Below are positions 37,904 to 41,351 of a DNA stretch of 41,351 nt, one piece after another. The DNA is from Catajapyx aquilonaris (lineage: Eukaryota). A program made the position numbers and the translations under genes. The DNA lies in assembly GCA_000934665.2 (NCBI GenBank), contig JYFJ02003455.1, positions 1 through 41,351 on the forward strand, in the 5' to 3' direction. The notes under the pieces were generated by a model, which searched no databases, was not told the origin of the DNA, and saw only the letters and a list, made by a program, of their open reading frames with translations. Numbering within the stretch: the stretch's first letter is position 1; the number at the start of each line of letters is the position of its first letter.

Positions 37904-39828
37904 TATGTTTGGAAGTAATTGGTGTCCCGTTCCGTGATGAGGTTTTGCTCTTGGGCCCGAAAAAGCTACTTCCAATAATTGAAATATTTCTTTGATCTCA
38001 ACATGTGTATGAAATATACGATGTGTGTGATAAAATGCCACTTCCATATTTAAGATTGGTCCACAAAGAAGTGAGATCATGGTGTCCAATTCCACCTGCG
38101 ACGACCATTCCTGGAGACGCTTAGTGGGCCTTTTCATTACACACAACATTTATCTCGGAACTAAATTCTGAGCTGTATTCAGATCAACCAAATTAATTAT
38201 ATCAATAGTTCTGAATCAGGTTCAAAAACAATCTGGTAACATCGGTCACAAAATACTCCATAATTATATTATGGACGAGTTTGGCCTGTATTATTTAATA
38301 TGATAGCCTCTGCATATTTTATTGATAAAGCGTGTCGATTAATTCCTGCCTAGTGAACATATTCCTTGAATTCCATATTCCTTTTGATTCTAGAGAGGGG
38401 AATTATTAACTGGGTATCATTTTAAGGAGATACATTACCATAGACTGCAAAACGGTTTCTCGGAGCGACGTTAAGTTCCGTAAGCGGAAAGGGAGGATGG
38501 AATATTGAAGGAAAATGGGAGTCTTGGTAGGGGAAGGGAATCTAAATCCTCAAAAATCAATATTGGAAAATGGTCTGAATATCAAAACAAATATAAGGGG
38601 AGTTCAAAATATAAAGATCCATAGTACAGTGTGACGTTCCTACGTCACTCTAGGCCGCCTAGGGGAAGAGGGGTCGATCCTCCAAAGGAAACAACTTTTC
38701 CAAGAACACTTGGAGTGAGTACGACTCAGCCCTGGCTCAACCCAGCCAAGACTGCTCGAGCCCCGCCATCTAGACACAATCTAGACACTGCCACCAGAGG
38801 CAAACACTTATAGTAGTCTACCCACTCAATACCGGTACATGATCTCAGACTGTGACGGGGTTGTTACAATAGCTACTGATGGCTAACAACTATGGATGGC
38901 GTCTCCCATTACTACTGCACAAAGACTGCAGAAGTAGACTATGAAGAGTTGATGCAGTCGAAAATTAACATGGCCGTATCTTCGTAAAAAAACTTCAGAA
39001 ATTAAGTCTTAAAAATTGTCACCAAACATAATCAAATATTACCCACTATCCACATCCTGGGGCTCCCAGAAACTCCTGAATATTTCACCATTTTTCACAA
39101 TTTTCATTATGGCGTATATAAGGATTTTTTCATATACTAATATGGTCATGTCATATTTCCCTCTACTTTGATGTGAGTTTACACAGCGGCCTACTTTGAA
39201 AAAAAGAGTAGCTCCCACTCTATTAATTTTGGCTCAACATAACAATTATTGTTGCGATTATTGTTGCCCAGGCCTATAATAGCAAAATGCTGCATTATTA
39301 CCTCGCTCGAGGCACTACACCGTATATCATTACCTGCTTTACATGGTGGGCGGCCTGATTGCGATTAATGCTAGAAAATGATTTCCGGTTAAGCTTTCCC
39401 CCATTTTCATCTCCGGGAGAAACCTAATATACAGGGAATTGCATTATTAAAGATTGCTGGATAAACGTTGCCCCCCCTATAATAAGGCCGACAGATAGAC
39501 AGCTTTATTGGAATCTGCATGATGTTGGCTAACAACACCATAACACACTTTGCTCTGTAGAGAAAAATGTTATATACTTGTTACGTGTATTTTTTGGTTA
39601 ATTTTGTGTCTATTATACAATCATATTGATTTCCAAATTCATAGTGCACAGGTATAAGCTTACAATACCACATTGAAAACTGTAGGTGTGTACCTGGTGT
39701 GTACAATATTTCGGATAGACAAATAAAGCTGGTGCAGTGTAATGTACAATACATACAATTATTACAAATGGGTGGAATAATTGCTATAGTTATTCTCACT
39801 TAACCAGCGTTATTTGCTTATGTACCTA

Positions 39829-40771
39829 TAGAGATGGGCAGTATTTAAATACAAATGTATTTAAATACGTATTGAAATACTTTTTGGCATTGAGAGATGT
39901 ATATATATATATATATATATATAACTATATTGGTTCTCCTGTATTTAAATACTGTATTTCAATACATTTCTGTGCATTTAAATACTGTATTTCAATACAT
40001 TTCTGTGCATTTAAATACTGTATTTCAATACATTTCTGTGTATTTAAATACTGTATTTCAATACATTTCTGTGTATTTAAATACTGTATTTAAATACATT
40101 TCAGTCTATTTAAATACTGTATCTCAATACATTTCTGTCTATTTAAATACTGTATTTCAATACATTTCTGTGTATTTAAATACGGTATTTCAATACATTT
40201 CTGAGTGAGTATTTAAATACAGAAGGATTTAAATACATATCGTAAATACATTCCATAACTCCGTTTTAATTTATATTTGCATAATTCTTAATTCTGAAAC
40301 CTAATGAAAGAAAAGCAGCCAATTAGCAGCTTTTTCTCCTAGGCAGCTTGCAGCATGATAATCATAGGTGGAGGAGACCAATTGGAAAGTATGGAGTTGG
40401 TGAAGGGGAAAACCCTCAAGTAGCCTACTGGGAAAATATTTGGGTGTGTCATGGGTTATGGGTCTGTTATGTTTTCTTATTTTTATCCAAAGAATGATGG
40501 TAAGAAATTAGTTGCACATTAACAAAAACATGGATTTGAAATGTATTTAGTATCTAATTACATTTTTATGCAGTAGATAGTATTTAGCATTTAATTACAT
40601 TTTATGCAGTAGATAGTATTTAGCATTTAATTACATTTTTATCCAGTAGATAGTATTTAGCACTTAATTACATTTTTATGCAGTAGATAGTATTTAGCAT
40701 TTAATTACATTTTTATGCAGTAGATAGTATTTAGTATTTAATTACGTCCAAGTATTTAGTGCCCATCACTG
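39829..40771. mobile_element. hAT-like non-autonomous element with subterminal minisatellites
   Basis: TIR (T/C)AG(A/T)GATGGGCA; about 8 x 33-bp repeats at 39938-40205 and about 5 x 36-37-bp repeats at 40544-40745; 8-bp TSD not clean. Confidence 0.75.
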
Positions 40772-41351
40772 CCTATAGTCAATATTTTAATGCACATGCA
40801 ATGGAAAAGTAGGGTAGGGACCATTGAAAGCGGAGAAGAGCAAGAACAGTGTGAACATCACTATTTCTTCCACGTCCTCACCTTCTTTTTTTCTATATAA
40901 CTTTGATATACAGTAGGCCTACTGGTACGAGTGTATCAGAATGATATCTGGCATGACACGCCTACTTGCAAAACTCAATTTTCCGCTGGGAGGAACTTGC
41001 TCCTACACTGGGACTCAAACGTAACCGAATGAAAGTGTGTTCTTCCTCTTTGCTTTCTCGCTACGCTGTGTTAAGCCACAAATCTGTTAGGAAAGTTGGT
41101 AGAATCTCGGTCGGCAGCTTGGGAAATGGAAGCGCAGTGCAAAGGAAAAGCCCTTCTAGGGATCAATAAGTTGGAAAACGCTGTCAAAATCGTCTCACAC
41201 ACATTTCACATTGTCAGAATAAAATTTTAAAAGGTTTCTATAGGGTGTTAATCCTAAGCGTGTCACCAGAAAAGGTGGTGGTAGAGGGCGCAGGTGTGAG
41301 CATTTTTGCATAAGGAACTAGGGGTCGGAAACGCACCCTCACCGAGTTAGT

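Noticed and set aside
39872..40745. Repeat-protein ORFs or CRISPR array
   Set aside because: Head-to-tail minisatellites with no unique spacers; the ORFs result from the 33-bp period.

Overview
Eukaryotic, most likely arthropod/insect, repeat-rich and mostly intergenic DNA (inferred from TTAGG-like repeats, insect-type tRNA-SINEs and short GT-AG introns). I can support one intact protein-coding gene: a 4-exon, minus-strand eIF4E-family gene (join 3848-3436, 3374-3194, 3132-2993, 2899-2785; 282 aa) that the ORF track splits into pieces. It keeps the cap-binding residues, has lost the dorsal eIF4G/4E-BP-binding motif (TVEDFW becomes SLPAFI), and carries a PAM2-like PABP-binding motif in a long N-terminal extension. 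The rest is a dense, often nested mosaic of four tRNA-derived SINE families (most with clear TSDs), MITEs of Tc1/mariner, hAT, Harbinger and Kolobok-like type, a short Helitron, and degraded Penelope, LINE and transposase relics. The SINE families share a 3' RNA motif whose inner stem changes in sequence but keeps its pairing. All alignments were done by eye.
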